Below, in pieces: positions 37,795 through 50,384 of a stretch of 64,000 bases of DNA. A program made the position numbers and the translations under genes. Location: the NCBI RefSeq assembly GCF_001194135.2, contig NC_068995.1, positions 38,492,871 through 38,556,870 of the forward strand, given 5' to 3'. Source of the DNA: Octopus bimaculoides (taxonomy: Eukaryota). The first letter of the stretch is position 1. Every line of letters begins with the position of its first letter. Under the pieces are notes generated by a model. The model was not told the origin of the DNA, did not search any database, and saw nothing but the letters and a program-made list of their open reading frames with translations.

Positions 37795-38460
37795 AATCTA
37801 AGACAGATTAGTTTAGAAATAATTTTATATAAGGATCTGAAAATTCTATAAAATAACTATAAAACATTGCCGGTTTCGATGACGAATTTCATATTACAAG
37901 TTATTAATAAAAGCTATAAAAAATTTGAAGTAAAATCAGTGTATCATATATTTGGTTTACATAGTATGTCTGGAGCTGTTTCGTTGAAGTCTTCTTTAAA
38001 TATAGTTTGGTATGGAGTTCAAAGTGTTATAGGGAAAGGGAGGGGGTGTAGTTGTGTACTTTCTGAAAAATTTTCTGTATGTTCCTGCCGAGGGAATAAC
38101 TTAAAAATCATCAATCGACAGGGTTATATGTCTAGACGTATATCTTTTGTGGGTGTGTATGTTTGTCTGTGTATGTGTTTGTGTGCGTGTGCGTGTGTGT
38201 GTTGTGTTCAATGTCCTTTCAATATGTTTGGAATGTGACCAGTTATTTGTTATTGAGTGTGTATGTTGTAATGAATGCCTTGTTAAGAAAGGAGTTAAGA
38301 TTTTTCGTCTTTTTGGTTTGTGTTGGCTCGAACTGCAATGTTTTCTTTTTAGTGTCTCCAGCTGTGTTTATGTATGAACGTGTGTGTGTGTTTGGTGTTT
38401 TCTATTGGGTGTCTACAGGTGTGTGTTTGTGTGTATGTGTAGACGTGTCTGTGTTTTCTT
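37795..38460 (+). repeat. Diverged second copy of 31925-32600 (left arm plus core)
   Basis: Colinear blocks AATCTAAGACA, CCGGTTT(T/C)GA.GA.GAATTTCATATTA, GGTGTAGTTGTGTA..TCTGAAAAAT, CCTGCCGAG, GAATG.CTTGTTAAGAAA. Confidence 0.8.
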
Positions 38461-40034
38461 GCAAGGCTTTCTTTGCATGTATACGTGTATGTGCACGGCT
38501 CGGGAACAGGGGATGCAGGTGCCCCCCCCCCAAAAAAAAAAAAACAATTATGAGCGTGGCAAATTGAACATCTGTATCCTATAATACTTTGCCAGGTTTA
38601 GAAAATAATGGCTAAGAATTCTTCTGTAAAATCCTGCCTGAAGTTAGGTTTCTTCTCAAAACAAGAAGAAAGGGCAAAAATAAATCAATAAAATGTCGAA
38701 TATGTGTACTAATGACGCGGGTCATAAACTTCCCAAGTGAAGTCTACAGAAAGAAAAGCCCTTCACTGTCAAGCTATCCATATGCTTAATTTTCTTTGAC
38801 TACTACAACTGACCCATCATCATCATCTGTGCCATAATATTCTACTGCTACAATCATAACCACTACTACTAACAAGCCTTTCTTCCCACCAAAGTCTACC
38901 TCAATTTCAGTGCATACCTCCACAGTTCCATGATAAATCTACCAACTGTAGAGAAAGTAGAATTTATAAACGCATTATACGCACAAACTATGCACGTTTT
39001 CTCAATGCAAGACACTGTGCATTGGCAGCAACTACAATTTTATTCATTTACAAGGGACAAAACGCACAGCTCGTAGAAGCACCACCAGCCAACGCCAAGA
39101 ACATACATCTAACACCTCCGACGCTGTAGCCACCATCACCCACACGCACATATATACATACATATATATACATATATATATATAAACATATATGTATATA
39201 TATATATATATATATNNNNNNNNNNNNNNNNNNNNNNNNNNNNNNNNNNNNNNNNNNNNNNNNNNNNNNNNNNNNNNNNNNNNNNNNNNNNNNNNNNNNN
39301 NNNNNNNNNNNNNNNNNNNNNNNNNNNNNNNNNNNNNNNNNNNNNNNNNNNNNNNNNNNNNNNNNNNNNNNNNNNNNNNNNNNNNNNNNNNNNNNNNNNN
39401 NNNNNNNNNNNNNNNNNNNNNNNNNNNNNNNNNNNNNNNNNNNNNNNNNNNNNNNNNNNNNNNNNNNNNNNNNNNNNNNNNNNNNNNNNNNNNNNNNNNN
39501 NNNNNNNNNNNNNNNNNNNNNNNNNNNNNNNNNNNNNNNNNNNNNNNNNNNNNNNNNNNNNNNNNNNNNNNNNNNNNNNNNNNNNNNNNNNNNNNNNNNN
39601 NNNNNNNNNNNNNNNNNNNNNNNNNNNNNNNNNNNNNNNNNNNNNNNNNNNNNNNNNNNNNNNNNNNNNNNNNNNNNNNNNNNNNNNNNNNNNNNNNNNN
39701 NNNNNNNNNNNNNNNNNNNNNNNNNNNNNNNNNNNNNNNNNNNNNNNNNNNNNNNNNNNNNNNNNNNNNNNNNNNNNNNNNNNNNNNNNNNNNNNNNNNN
39801 NNNNNNNNNNNNNNNNNNNNNNNNNNNNNNNNNNNNNNNNNNNNNNNNNNNNNNNNNNNNNNNNNNNNNNNNNNNNNNNNNNNNNNNNNNNNNNNNNNNN
39901 NNNNNNNNNNNNNNNNNNNNNNNNNNNNNNNNNNNNNNNNNNNNNNNNNNNNNNNNNNNNNNNNNNNNNNNNNNNNNNNNNNNNNNNNTACTCATACATC
40001 CACACATATACACCCCCATATATATATGTATCTA

Positions 40035-40073
<39 letters not shown>

Positions 40074-40365
40074 CTTAGCTTTTTCTCGTATAGAAGCAAA
40101 ACCGTTGCTAGAAAGTATCACTGAGATGAATCATTGCTCAAGCAATGTGTGGCGCTTGTATGATTGTTGAGCTCGGCGAAAGTATGCACATTCTATTACA
40201 TAATGCACAGCTGTGGTGGCTGCAAGAATGAAGAGGTGCCAGAGTATGAACTCTTTTGACATGCACTTACAATCCCCCACCCGAGAGGGCGCACTTTTCC
40301 ACGCGTCGCACATATTCTATTGTGAGCAATACCCATATCACAGTTTACTATGGGTCGATTCCTGT

Positions 40366-40830
40366 TAGTTTTCTGATGGCTGACCGGGCCTATACGATTC
40401 AAGCGACTCCTCCCACAAACGTCACACTCAAAAATCAAAACTCCCTCATTCTCCTCAGGTTCATACCTTCTGAACATTCTCCTAATCTTGTGCTTCTTTC
40501 TCTCTCATTCAAACCTCGAACAACCACTGTGCACTCTCTTCCACCATCTATCTCGCTCTTGTGCTTCTTTCTCCCAATCAACAACTGAAATTCCTGTCTG
40601 TGTCAGAGCAATTCTGAGGTAGACCTTGAACCTCATTTTGGGTTTATGTGCTGGTCTCCTGCCATCTTCCAGGTCACCATTCAAACGTTGCTTGAGATGT
40701 CTTTCATTAGTCATTCTTACCAGATGTCCACCGCACATGAAACAGCTTTACAGCATTATACACTTTTTCTACCACTTCTTTCAAGTGCCTTCACGTCCCT
40801 GATGACCATTTTCCAATTTATCCCAAGAAG
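40366..40830 (-). mobile_element. RTE (BovB-like) LINE 3' fragment
   Basis: GHLVRMTNERHLKQRLNGDLEDGRRP..PKMRFK..DWEKEAQERDRW and terminal C2H2-like FECDVCGR..RIGPVSHQK. Confidence 0.88.
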
Positions 40831-41529
40831 CGTCCTAAGAAAATATTGATGATATCCTTCAAAATGAGAAGACATAAATGGAGAGAGAGAAAACAATAAT
40901 TGGAGAGAGAAAATGAAATGTAATCAAACGTGCACATGCGCACACGTGTACACGGTCTCGCACGCAGACATATAAACACACACATGCACATACGTACACA
41001 CACATACGAACACTCACACACAATCAAGTGCACACACTAAGAAACATATATACGCATGCATGTATATATTTATGAAAGCATGTATAAGTGTGAAATCAAC
41101 TTGAAAATCATTTATTTACGTATGGTAAATGTATATACACACTCTTTACAAGTCTCCACTATTACCGAATGCATACATATGCACATACGTAAGACAGTAG
41201 GATGCATTTTCTGCGAGATTGTTGGAAATATATCCTTGACATAAATACGACTACATTCCAATGACACTCTGCAGACCGACCACTATATTATTTTACTTGT
41301 TTTACTCCTGCAACTACGCCCATGCAACAGCAAAACGCATTGGTCAAACAAATCAACCTAAATACTTATTTCTTAAGATTAGTATTTATTCCATCGGTCC
41401 CTTTATCTAAGTTGAAGGGACATAAATACTCCAACACCACTGGTCCCAGTCTTGAACTATAGGGCTGTTATACTGACGAATGTATCGGTGCGACCTCACA
41501 CTCCCACGAACATCTAGACTCCTTCTTCT

Positions 41530-41705
41530 CTTTTGTCAAATCTTTCCATCCTGCCCTCCACTTCTGCACTACCTCTGACAATTCTTTCTCCTTTCTTGAT
41601 ATTTCGGTCAGCATTCATCACTTCATTCTCAGCACCTCCACCCACTACAAGCACACAGACTCACGCTCATACCTCAACTTCTCCTCCTCCCACCCAAAAC
41701 ACACG
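41530..41705 (+). mobile_element. Penelope-like RT fragment
   Basis: FVKSFHPALHF..FLDISVSI..STHYKHTDSRSYLNFSSSHP. Confidence 0.8.
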
Positions 41706-42044
41706 CTCGCCCTTTCCTCACTCATCAACCTGGTTTCTTGTGTAAGAAATGGTACACGTTATCATTTAAAAATCTTTCTTGTCCGCTTTTAAAACGCAGC
41801 ATATTTTTGGACATTTTCATACTCATGGTTCATTGCACACTAATAAGCTTTGAAACGGAGCTTGCATACTCCAGTCATTGAAAGAGATATGTTTGACGCA
41901 TTTTTCTCATTAGACCATAGTACTTTAATAGTAAATTTCAGGGACATTTCATGTTTTATTGTTTTCTTTGTGAAATTGCTGAACAGTTTGCAGACACTAT
42001 TTACAAGATAAATGAACACTTCAAGAAGTACCTCAACCCGACTC
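41702..42044. repeat. Unclassified ~345-bp segment, copy 1 (copy 2 at 44261-44615)
   Basis: Colinear from CACGCTCGCCCTTTC to CCCGACTC, roughly 80% identity by eye. Confidence 0.9.
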
Positions 42045-42524
42045 GAGAGAGGTATTAAAGCTAGACAAAAGAGGCATGATGATAGACAGTCACCCTGGAA
42101 AATGCAAAATTAAATTATTACATCTCCAGCATGGAGGGATTCATTGTCACTGTTCAAAATTAGTACCGGTCTCCATGATCTCATACTTACAGACATTAAG
42201 CTTCGCAGAGTAGGTTCTATTTTATACATTTCCAGACATTTCTTAATCCAGTTATGTGGTAGACTGTCAAAAGAATTTTATAGTCTATCCAGGCTATGGA
42301 CACGTTTTTGTGTCGTTTGTGACAATCATCCAAGGTGATCTTATTGATGAGTAGCTGATCTTTACAACCACAGGACCCACGTTTATATCATTTTTGCTCA
42401 TTCGGGAATATGCCACTTTCTGTTAAATAAAAACAAAAAACTATTGGCATATTCGGTCAAGACAGTAGTTAGTACGTTATACATCTTTGTTAATCAGGTT
42501 ATGGGTCTATATTTTTTTAGTTTT

Positions 42525-42525
42525 A

Positions 42526-42580
<55 letters not shown>

Positions 42581-42629
42581 CATTATCATCATCATCATCA
42601 TCGTCATTATAATTATTATTATTATTATT

Positions 42630-42675
<46 letters not shown>

Positions 42676-42690
42676 ACATCATCATTATTG
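42525..42690. repeat. (ATT)n/(CAT)n compound microsatellite
   Basis: Direct reading. Confidence 0.97.
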
Positions 42691-42930
42691 AGTGCGAGAG
42701 CAGTTCATGCCATCAAGGTGACACTGGGGTAAAATATACAGGCACCAGGCACATGCATCACAACCATATGCGCGCGACATAGTGGTCTCATATCAAGAGA
42801 AACAGCGCAGCGACCTTGCAGGTGGGGCCCAGTTAGAAATTTCTTCAGGTCGTATAGCCCATCCCGCTCAAAAGATCTCTGGAGTAAGGGTTGCTTAAGG
42901 ATGTAGAACGAAACACATGTTTCTCGAGGT
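42690..42930 (-). mobile_element. Retroposon-like interspersed repeat ending in the (AAT/GAT)n tract
   Basis: GC-richer segment (CTGGGCCCCACCTGCAAGG...GATGGCATGAACTGCTCTCGCACTC on the minus strand) followed directly by a microsatellite tail; family not determined. Confidence 0.5.
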
Positions 42931-44260
42931 AGGAACAAAACATGCATATTTCCCGAATTTGGGTGATTTCTTTTTCTTATTCTTGACCATTCTTGACTTA
43001 GTTTCTGTGACAAGTAAACAACGTCTGGTTTTTGACATTCTATTTTTTTTTTTGTTTTCAGCTAAATATGCTAAAATCTATGACTAATGTATATTCGTAG
43101 CCAGATGCAGGACTAGCTTTAACACAACTAACATATGTTTGATTTAAAACGATTGTATTTGTGCTATGTTGCTGTTATGACTATATTTGAAGTTAATTTT
43201 TGAACGGCTCAAAATAATTTCTTTCTATTAATTGTTCATTAATTTTTTCTTTCTGTTTTGCGACATAATTGGTTTTGTGCTGCAATATTTTAGTTTGTTT
43301 GATACTATAACATTATGCTTTGTACAGCAAATATCAGAGCAAATACAATAATTTCGCACAAACAAGCTGAATTTATCTGCATTGACCTATCAGAGTCAAC
43401 CCTCCTTAATTAAAATTCTTTTTAGCAATTAATTCAAATAAAATCCCCCCTGTTATAGTCTATAATAATACTGTGAAATAACAAATAAGTCGTCACACCT
43501 TGAGTCAACAGTGAGCCAATAATAATTGTTGTTAATCCCCATATGACAGCAGTGTTTTTTGAGGAAAGTGTTAGACGATTCCATCGTGATGTGTACATAG
43601 GGGGTATGTGATGTCTATCGACTTTGAAGGAATAGAATTCAAATGGGCCTTGAATTCAGAACAAAGAACTGGACAAATACCGCTTGGTACTTTACCAACG
43701 CTCTAACTTATCTCTCAATCCACAATAATGTGTTTTCTTTTATTACTCACATAAGCAAGTCCTTCAATGCAACATAGTGAATAATAATTATATAGTTCAC
43801 AAACATTGCGTATTGGCAGAAAATATTACTCAAAAACATGGATGGTTTTGAAAACGTTATAGAAAAGACAAATAAAAAATATATAATTGAAACTGGATAT
43901 TTCTATCATTTTTCTTTGATAAAGGTAGCTTTTGATCATTTGTTGGGGCAAGCCCTGTAGTTGTTGGTCATTGTATACTAAGAGCTTTAAGTCATTCATG
44001 TAAAATGATGATTTGTATTTTTATCAAAAATGTTATAGCTGCGTTGAAATGACAAATAAAAAATACATAATTGAAACGTATAAGCTTATAGATAGCGGAT
44101 TGACAAATTAGGTAAGAGGACGTTTACCAAATACATCCAAACATAGAAATTGAGAAATAAAAAAAAGAAGGCAAAATGCTAAGGTAATTATAAACAAATA
44201 TGTGTCACATTCCCAGATTCAGAATGGAAATCAGAAGCTACTCTGTGTCAGAGAACCAAG

Positions 44261-44615
44261 CACGCTCGCCCTTTCGTCACTCATCATCCTGGTGTCTTGT
44301 GCAAGAGATGGTACACGTTAACATTTAAATATGTTTCTAGTACGCTTTTAAGACGCAGCGTATTTTTGGACACTTTCATAATAATTCCTTGAATACTGTC
44401 AGGAACTATACTAATAAGCTGTCAAACGGATCTTGCATACTCCAGTCATTGAAAAATATAAGCTTGTCACAATTTCCACATTAAACCATAGTATTTTAAT
44501 AGTAAATTGCAGAGACATTTTATGTTTTATTGTTTTCTCTGTGAAATTGTTAAACAGTTTGCGAACACTATTTGCAAGATGAATGAACACTTCAAGAAGT
44601 ATTTCAGCCCGACTC
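44261..44615. repeat. Unclassified segment, copy 2 of 41702-42044
   Basis: See copy 1. Confidence 0.9.
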
Positions 44616-44619
44616 ATTA

Positions 44620-44760
44620 TGAAATCATTGTTGAACACCTACACAATATTACTCACATTTTTGTGGCCACATGTTCCTATAAAACTTGGGTTGATGCAAA
44701 TATTTTTCGAGGCCATTGATAATGTCCAAAATTGCCACAAAAGGCTGACGTTAATTGTAT
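44620..44760 (+). mobile_element. Short Chapaev-like transposase fragment
   Basis: LWPHVPIKLGLMQIFFEAID resembles the Chapaev3 motif LPPLHIKLGLMKxFVKAxD. Confidence 0.5.
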
Positions 44761-44959
44761 GCAGTTATCTTAGTTAACTTGAAAATTGAAGCTAATGCCA
44801 AATGAAGAGCTCGAAACGATCATAAATGAGCCAGGCGGGAATAATTGGTGGAAGTTGGTGCAGAGTTTTAAGACTATGCTGGTATGCAGTTCAATAACCT
44901 TGTCTATCTTCAGGTCACATTTGTATTAATTCCTTGAGAATTGTGATGATTATATATTT

Positions 44960-47300
44960 CTTTACTGCTCACAAAGGGCGAAACATAGAGGGGACAGACA
45001 AGGACAGACAAGGACAGACAAAAGAATTAAGTCGATTTCATCGACCCCAGTGCGTGACTGGTACTTTATTTATCGACCCCGAAAGGATGAAAGGCAAAGT
45101 CAACCTCGACGGAATTTGAACTCAGAACGTAAATATCGCTAAGCATCTCGCCCAGCTCGCTAACGTTTCTGCCAGCTCGCCGCCTAATTGTGATGATTAT
45201 AGTGACGGTCAAAGTGAATTATACCACCAAGTATTTGGACCACGGAGAAATGTATTAGGAACAGTAAGGCAATTAACATGTTAGTAAATTACTGATGGCA
45301 TCTAAAATGCCACTCGATTTGTGAAAAACATGCGTAAGCATAATATTTTTAAAACCATTTTTTAATTCACGAGCACTTCTCATATTAGTTAAAGGCATTT
45401 TTCATTGTTTCGTTATAATTAACATTTTCAAATAAATTTATCACGTCTTTGCCATTCAAAGACTGAAGATGCTAACCAACAGATGACGTTTTATCAGATA
45501 GGGGCATGTTTGAAAAATTCGAGCGAACTCAGAAAAACCATTGTTAATTTTTTAAAATTGTGCATGGCCAAATTATTAGGATTTATTTAAGAAAGCTGAA
45601 GCATCCCAAGGAAGAACTATATGAAGGTCTATGTTATATAATTACAAGGGTGTTTCTTCCACTTCTATAAGACAGCCAAAGCAAGTCTGATTAGAGTAAC
45701 AGCTATTATAATTACAGTCTTTTCTAATGTAGGCGTATGGCCTAACATTTAGTGGTAGGGGGCTAGTCTACAAATCGATCCAGTGTCCAACTACTATTTA
45801 TTTTCTCTATGTCTAAGGGATGCAAGAAAAAGTCGACCTCAGCGGAATTTGAACTCGGAACCTGAAGTAAGTCAAAATACCACTAGGCATTTGTACGGCG
45901 TGCTAACGATTCTGCTAGCTTACTGCCTCGAGAAATATAATGATTATGACACAAGACCAGTAGTTTCGGGGAGGGGTGTAAGACGATTATATCGACAGCA
46001 GTACTCAACTTGAACTTATTTCATCGACACCGAAAGGGGGAAAGGCACAGTCGTGTTCGACGGAATTTAACTCACAACATGAAGAAGGATGAAATGTCCC
46101 GAAAGTTAAGAAAGATAACAACACGAAAGTCTAGAGAAGAAAGCATTGGTGTTGTTGTTGTAGCGTTGCTTACACTAAACTTTGGAGAGTGGCTGCTACT
46201 GCTGCTAGCCTAACACGCAGGGGTTTCAGTAAGGTAACGGAGTTGGCGTAACTGGACATTTCAAAGACTGCTTCCTTCTGCGAAGGGGCCTTTGCGCCTG
46301 ACATATATACGTTTTTGAAAAACTTCCAACATTGTTAGACGCTTTTTTATTTTTCCTCTTATTTCTCCTCTTCCAAATAGCAGAAAATTTACTGAAACGG
46401 GAGTTTGTATCTTCTGTCTGTAATTCGGGGTGATATTTCTGATCGGAAGAATTGATCAATCCCCAAAATAATGAACTCAAAATGAGCAGCCCAAAACGGC
46501 TATTCAAATCTGCATAAGAATGTTATATCATTTGATCGATCCCAAGAATGATATACCACCCCTGCTGGATTTGATCAAATAAGAAGTAGATGTCAGTGAA
46601 ATTAGATCTCAGCTAATTAAATCTCAATGAAGTCTGAAACCAGAACTTAATGATCTATAAGAAATGCCACCAGTTATTATTTACGACTCTAACAATTCTT
46701 CCATAATAGAAACTTTAGCTATTTTCTGAAGAAGAGTTTACTTGCTGCCATTGATCATACTTTATTTTATCCAACCTCAAAGAAGTTGAATCTGACGTCC
46801 ACATGACTTCAGCTCAGAAAGTACGAAGAAAGTCTAAAGAATTCCTGCAATGTAATTGTTCCGAAGTACAATAGATTTTTCCTGTTAAATTTTATAATGG
46901 TAGTAATAGTAATAATAATAATTTCTAATATAGGTACAAGGCCTGAAATTTTGGTGGAGGGGGTTAATCGGTTACATCGATCCCCGTACTCAACTGCCAC
47001 TTATTTTATATACCTCCCGGTAGAATGAAGGTAAAGTCGACCTCTATGTAATCTGACCTCTGTGGTATTTGACCATAAAAACTGTTGAAGCGCCGCTAAG
47101 AATTTTGCCCGGCATGGTAACTTTTCTCCAGCTCGTCACCTCAATAATATTAAAGATAAGGATACCTTTTTTTTACAAAGGCACGACATCAAATGGTTAC
47201 TGGTAGAGAGTACTCATTAATAGGGAACTGCAGTTCAATTGTACTTATTTTTTCGACTCTTAACTGATGAAAGCTGAAGCTGAAGTCAGCATGATTAGAA
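44960..47300 (-). mobile_element. Cluster of about 5 minus-strand SINE family A copies (about 44960-45186, 45730-45930, 45950-46100, 46925-47140, 47215-47300), with unique DNA between them
   Basis: Best copy reads ATCGACCCCAGTGCGTGACTGGTACTTTATTTATCGACCCCGAAAGGATGAAAGGCAAAGTCAACCTCGACGGAATTTGAACTCAGAACG..CTGCCAGCTCGCCGCCT. Confidence 0.85.
46226..46509 (-). CDS. Candidate host exon: hydrophobic N-terminal stretch followed by a very basic segment; product unknown
   Basis: Acceptor TTCTTATGCAG|AT at 46510/46509; only open frame is xLNSRFGLLILSSLFWGLINSSDQKYHPELQTEDTNSRF..CPVTPTPLPY*; internal donor TTCA|GTAAAT at 46393 would give a 117-nt phase 1-1 exon. Confidence 0.35.
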
Positions 47301-48801
47301 TTCTGAACACGACACATACAAGAAACTTCTGCCTCTTTAATGATTCCATCAAACAATAATACAACAACTTTGTGTCTTTTTTCATTCCCAATATTCTGTT
47401 TAGCTTCATCTGCTTCTTAGTATTGTATTTGTAACTCTTTTATCCATCTAATTAATTCTTTTCTCTTCTGGTCATTGTAGCAGTTGTTCTAAATGTATTT
47501 TCGTATTTATTTCCTTTTTTGTTTCTTCTTTTGTAGCGTCAACACCATTCGAGTACACATTATTTTAAAGATTTCCACCTATATCGTTTTGTTTTCTTTC
47601 TCGGTTTCCGCTATTTAACGCCCTCTCATCTGAGAGGCATAGATAACACTGCTTACTTGGCTTTTTCCTATTATATTATGTAACATAAAAAAGCAATATC
47701 TTATATGTATATCCACTGAATCAAAAGCAAGCATGTTGTACTACAATAAATACTTTACCATTTAAGTATTTCAACTGTCTTTTCTACATATATTTCTTTC
47801 TCTTTCGATTTCTAAAATTATACCATTCCTTGAAATATGTTGTTACATATGTCTGAATTCAAAATCAAAAGTATGTTATCCTATCTATATCTTTAATAAC
47901 ATATACAAAAATGTTCCATTTACTGAAGACTTTCTAGCTTATATTATGCTTCTTTATTCTTATTTATAGAAGCATGTATGATACAGAATGTTGCTTCCCA
48001 TCTAATAACTCTAATGCCTGTAATTTGCCTCCCGTTTCTGATTAATGAGAAAAATACAACTATCATTGATGATCGACTGGAGCCGGTTGTGAAGAAAAAA
48101 AAATAAAGTTACCGGCAGAATGTTTTGATGCTATGACAGATTTATTATTCCGTCTACAAAATTCACCATAAAATAGTGTATATGGGAATCTGCATTTGTA
48201 CTTCTCTGTTGGGCGTCGAAGCTACATTGAAGTAAATTGCTCTGTTTTGTGATGTTTTAGTTTGTTTCGATTTACCTGCAATCTTTTACTTCTTTCAGTC
48301 ATAGGTCCACAGGTTGATGATATTTCAACCTCTTGCTTTCATTTGCCTCCTTTGTACGTGTCTTCCAGTGAATCGAAATTTCTAACAGAACCACCTGCTT
48401 GGATATTTCTCAGATCAGTGCCATATCTAGTCTTAGCCCACCTTTCAGCTCAATGTCAGATGCCAGTCACTGTTAGACTCGACCAGTTGGACCTGACAGC
48501 TGGTTTAATATTCTCACAAGCCTCTACAAAAATAACAAGGTTGTGTTGGGTGGATATAACTGCAATTGCCACAACCAAGCAAAACGGGATAAATAAGAGG
48601 AGTGTCAAAACTTAGTACAAAGCAGAGATGATTTTCAGAAATCCTCACACATTGCTGTCAAAACAACTGTTACGACTCTGTGGTAATGTCCTGAGTAATT
48701 TTTACCATATGTCTGTTCAGTCAACGCTGAGCGCCCGCTGAGTGACAGCTGCTGATATAAAATTACAGGCATAGATATGTACATCATTTAGCACTTTGTG
48801 T

Positions 48802-49785
48802 GCATACGTAGAAATATAAACTTACACGTCAGTTACTACTTATACATATAGATAACCACCAGGTTATATTCCGAATACAAAAAGTGTGTGAGACTATGTT
48901 TCCGAAATATTTAGCTAAAGTTTATGCTTAAGCGAATTTCTGCATACGTAGAAATATAAACTTACACGCCGATTACTAAGTATACATACAGACAAACACC
49001 AAGTTATATTCCTAATACAGAAAGTGTTTGAGAATATGTTTCCGAAATATTTAACTAAAGTTATACTGAAAAAAAATTAGTTAAAGTGTATGCTGCATCG
49101 CTTTGCATTTGCGTTTATTGACAGAGTCTAGGTTTACTTAGTGCCGCTAACAGTTATTTGATGATGAAAACATCCTCTTACTAAAAGATTTATTCCAGCA
49201 GATTCTTAGTTACATTGAACGCAATGAAAGGTAGCAACCTTTTGGGAACTCAAGCGAACATTTAGCTAGAAGTTTACATTACACACACACACACACACAC
49301 CCACACACACACACACACACACATGCACGCACGCACGCGCGCACACATACACTCACACACACACACACACACATATAAACTTTAGCTAAATTTTTTTCAG
49401 CATAACTTTAGTTAAATATTTCGGAAACATATTCGTAAACACTTTCTGTATTAGGGATATAACTTGGTGTTTATCTGTATGTATACTTAGTAATTGACGT
49501 GTAAGTTTATATTTCAACGTATGCAGAAATGCGATTCAGCATCAACTTTAGTTAAATATTTCGGAAACATAGTCTCACAAACTTTTTGTATTAGGGATAT
49601 AACTTGGCGTTTATTGACAGAGTCTAGATTTACTTAGTGCCGCTAGCAGTTATTTGATGGCGAAAACATCATTTTACTAAGATATATTCCAGCAGATTCT
49701 TAGTTACATTGAACGCAATGAAAGGTAGGAACATTTTGACGACTCAAGTGAACATCTAGCTAGAAGTTTACATTACACACACATA

Positions 49786-49836
<51 letters not shown>

Positions 49837-49860
49837 GCGCACACATACACTCACACATAT
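48802..49860. repeat. Compound foldback/duplication: A-A-B-invA-invA(partial)-B
   Basis: 140-bp unit A at 48802 and 48942; inverted copies at 49374-49607; unit B (GCGTTTATTGACAGAGTCTAG..TACATTACACAC) at 49111 and 49607. Confidence 0.92.
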
Positions 49861-50384
49861 ATCACCGTATATACCGCTGTACAGGACGGAATTTGAACTT
49901 TAAAAAAAATCCCCTCAAATCTTAGCGTCGTCTTATATACCCCGTATAAAATCTGGACCTTACCTTCTTGTGGTTCAAAGCAGCAACATTTCCAATGGAG
50001 AGGAGAGTAAAGCACTCACATTGATCCTATGGTTCTACAGTGAGGTATTTTCTACAGATACATGCACATATCGACGGAGAAGACCGTAAAACACTCGCAT
50101 AAATGTCATGGTTCTGCAACACAATATTGTCTATTGATACTCACACGTATGTTTGGGAAGCTGGATTAATAGTGAGATTCTATTAAAATAAAATCAGAGC
50201 CTAAACTTAGCGAACCAGTCACCATTTGCAACAGCTGACGAACAGAAAAAAGTTTTTTAATCAGTCTGTTCAGCCGGGTCCCAGGATCCGTTCTGTTTGC
50301 ACTGACTTGTTGGAGCATTGTCTCATACAGCGCTCAGCCACTGAGGGCTTTCAAGGCAAATGTAGTTTACTGTAACTATACAAT

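Noticed and set aside
38890-39031. Minus-strand AG|T TGC TGC CAA TGC ACA GTG TCT TGC (CCQCTVSC), with PLA2-like Cys spacing
   Set aside because: Poor pyrimidine tract, no HD, and the downstream sequence does not follow the PLA2 pattern
40131-40313. Signal-peptide-like MSKEFILWHLFILAATTAVH
   Set aside because: Lies directly after an RTE 3' end, has only a weak donor and no other support
42444-42782. Poly-Ile/Met/Asn/Ser and VCVC/HTHT/YIYI ORFs here and elsewhere
   Set aside because: Translations of microsatellites
50200-50250. Minus-strand acceptor TTTTTCTGTTCGTCAG|C TGT TGC AAA as the next PLA2 exon (Y-C-C-K)
   Set aside because: Stop two codons later and no in-frame HD; such AG-N-TGY-TGY hits are expected by chance (others near 9476 and 9778)
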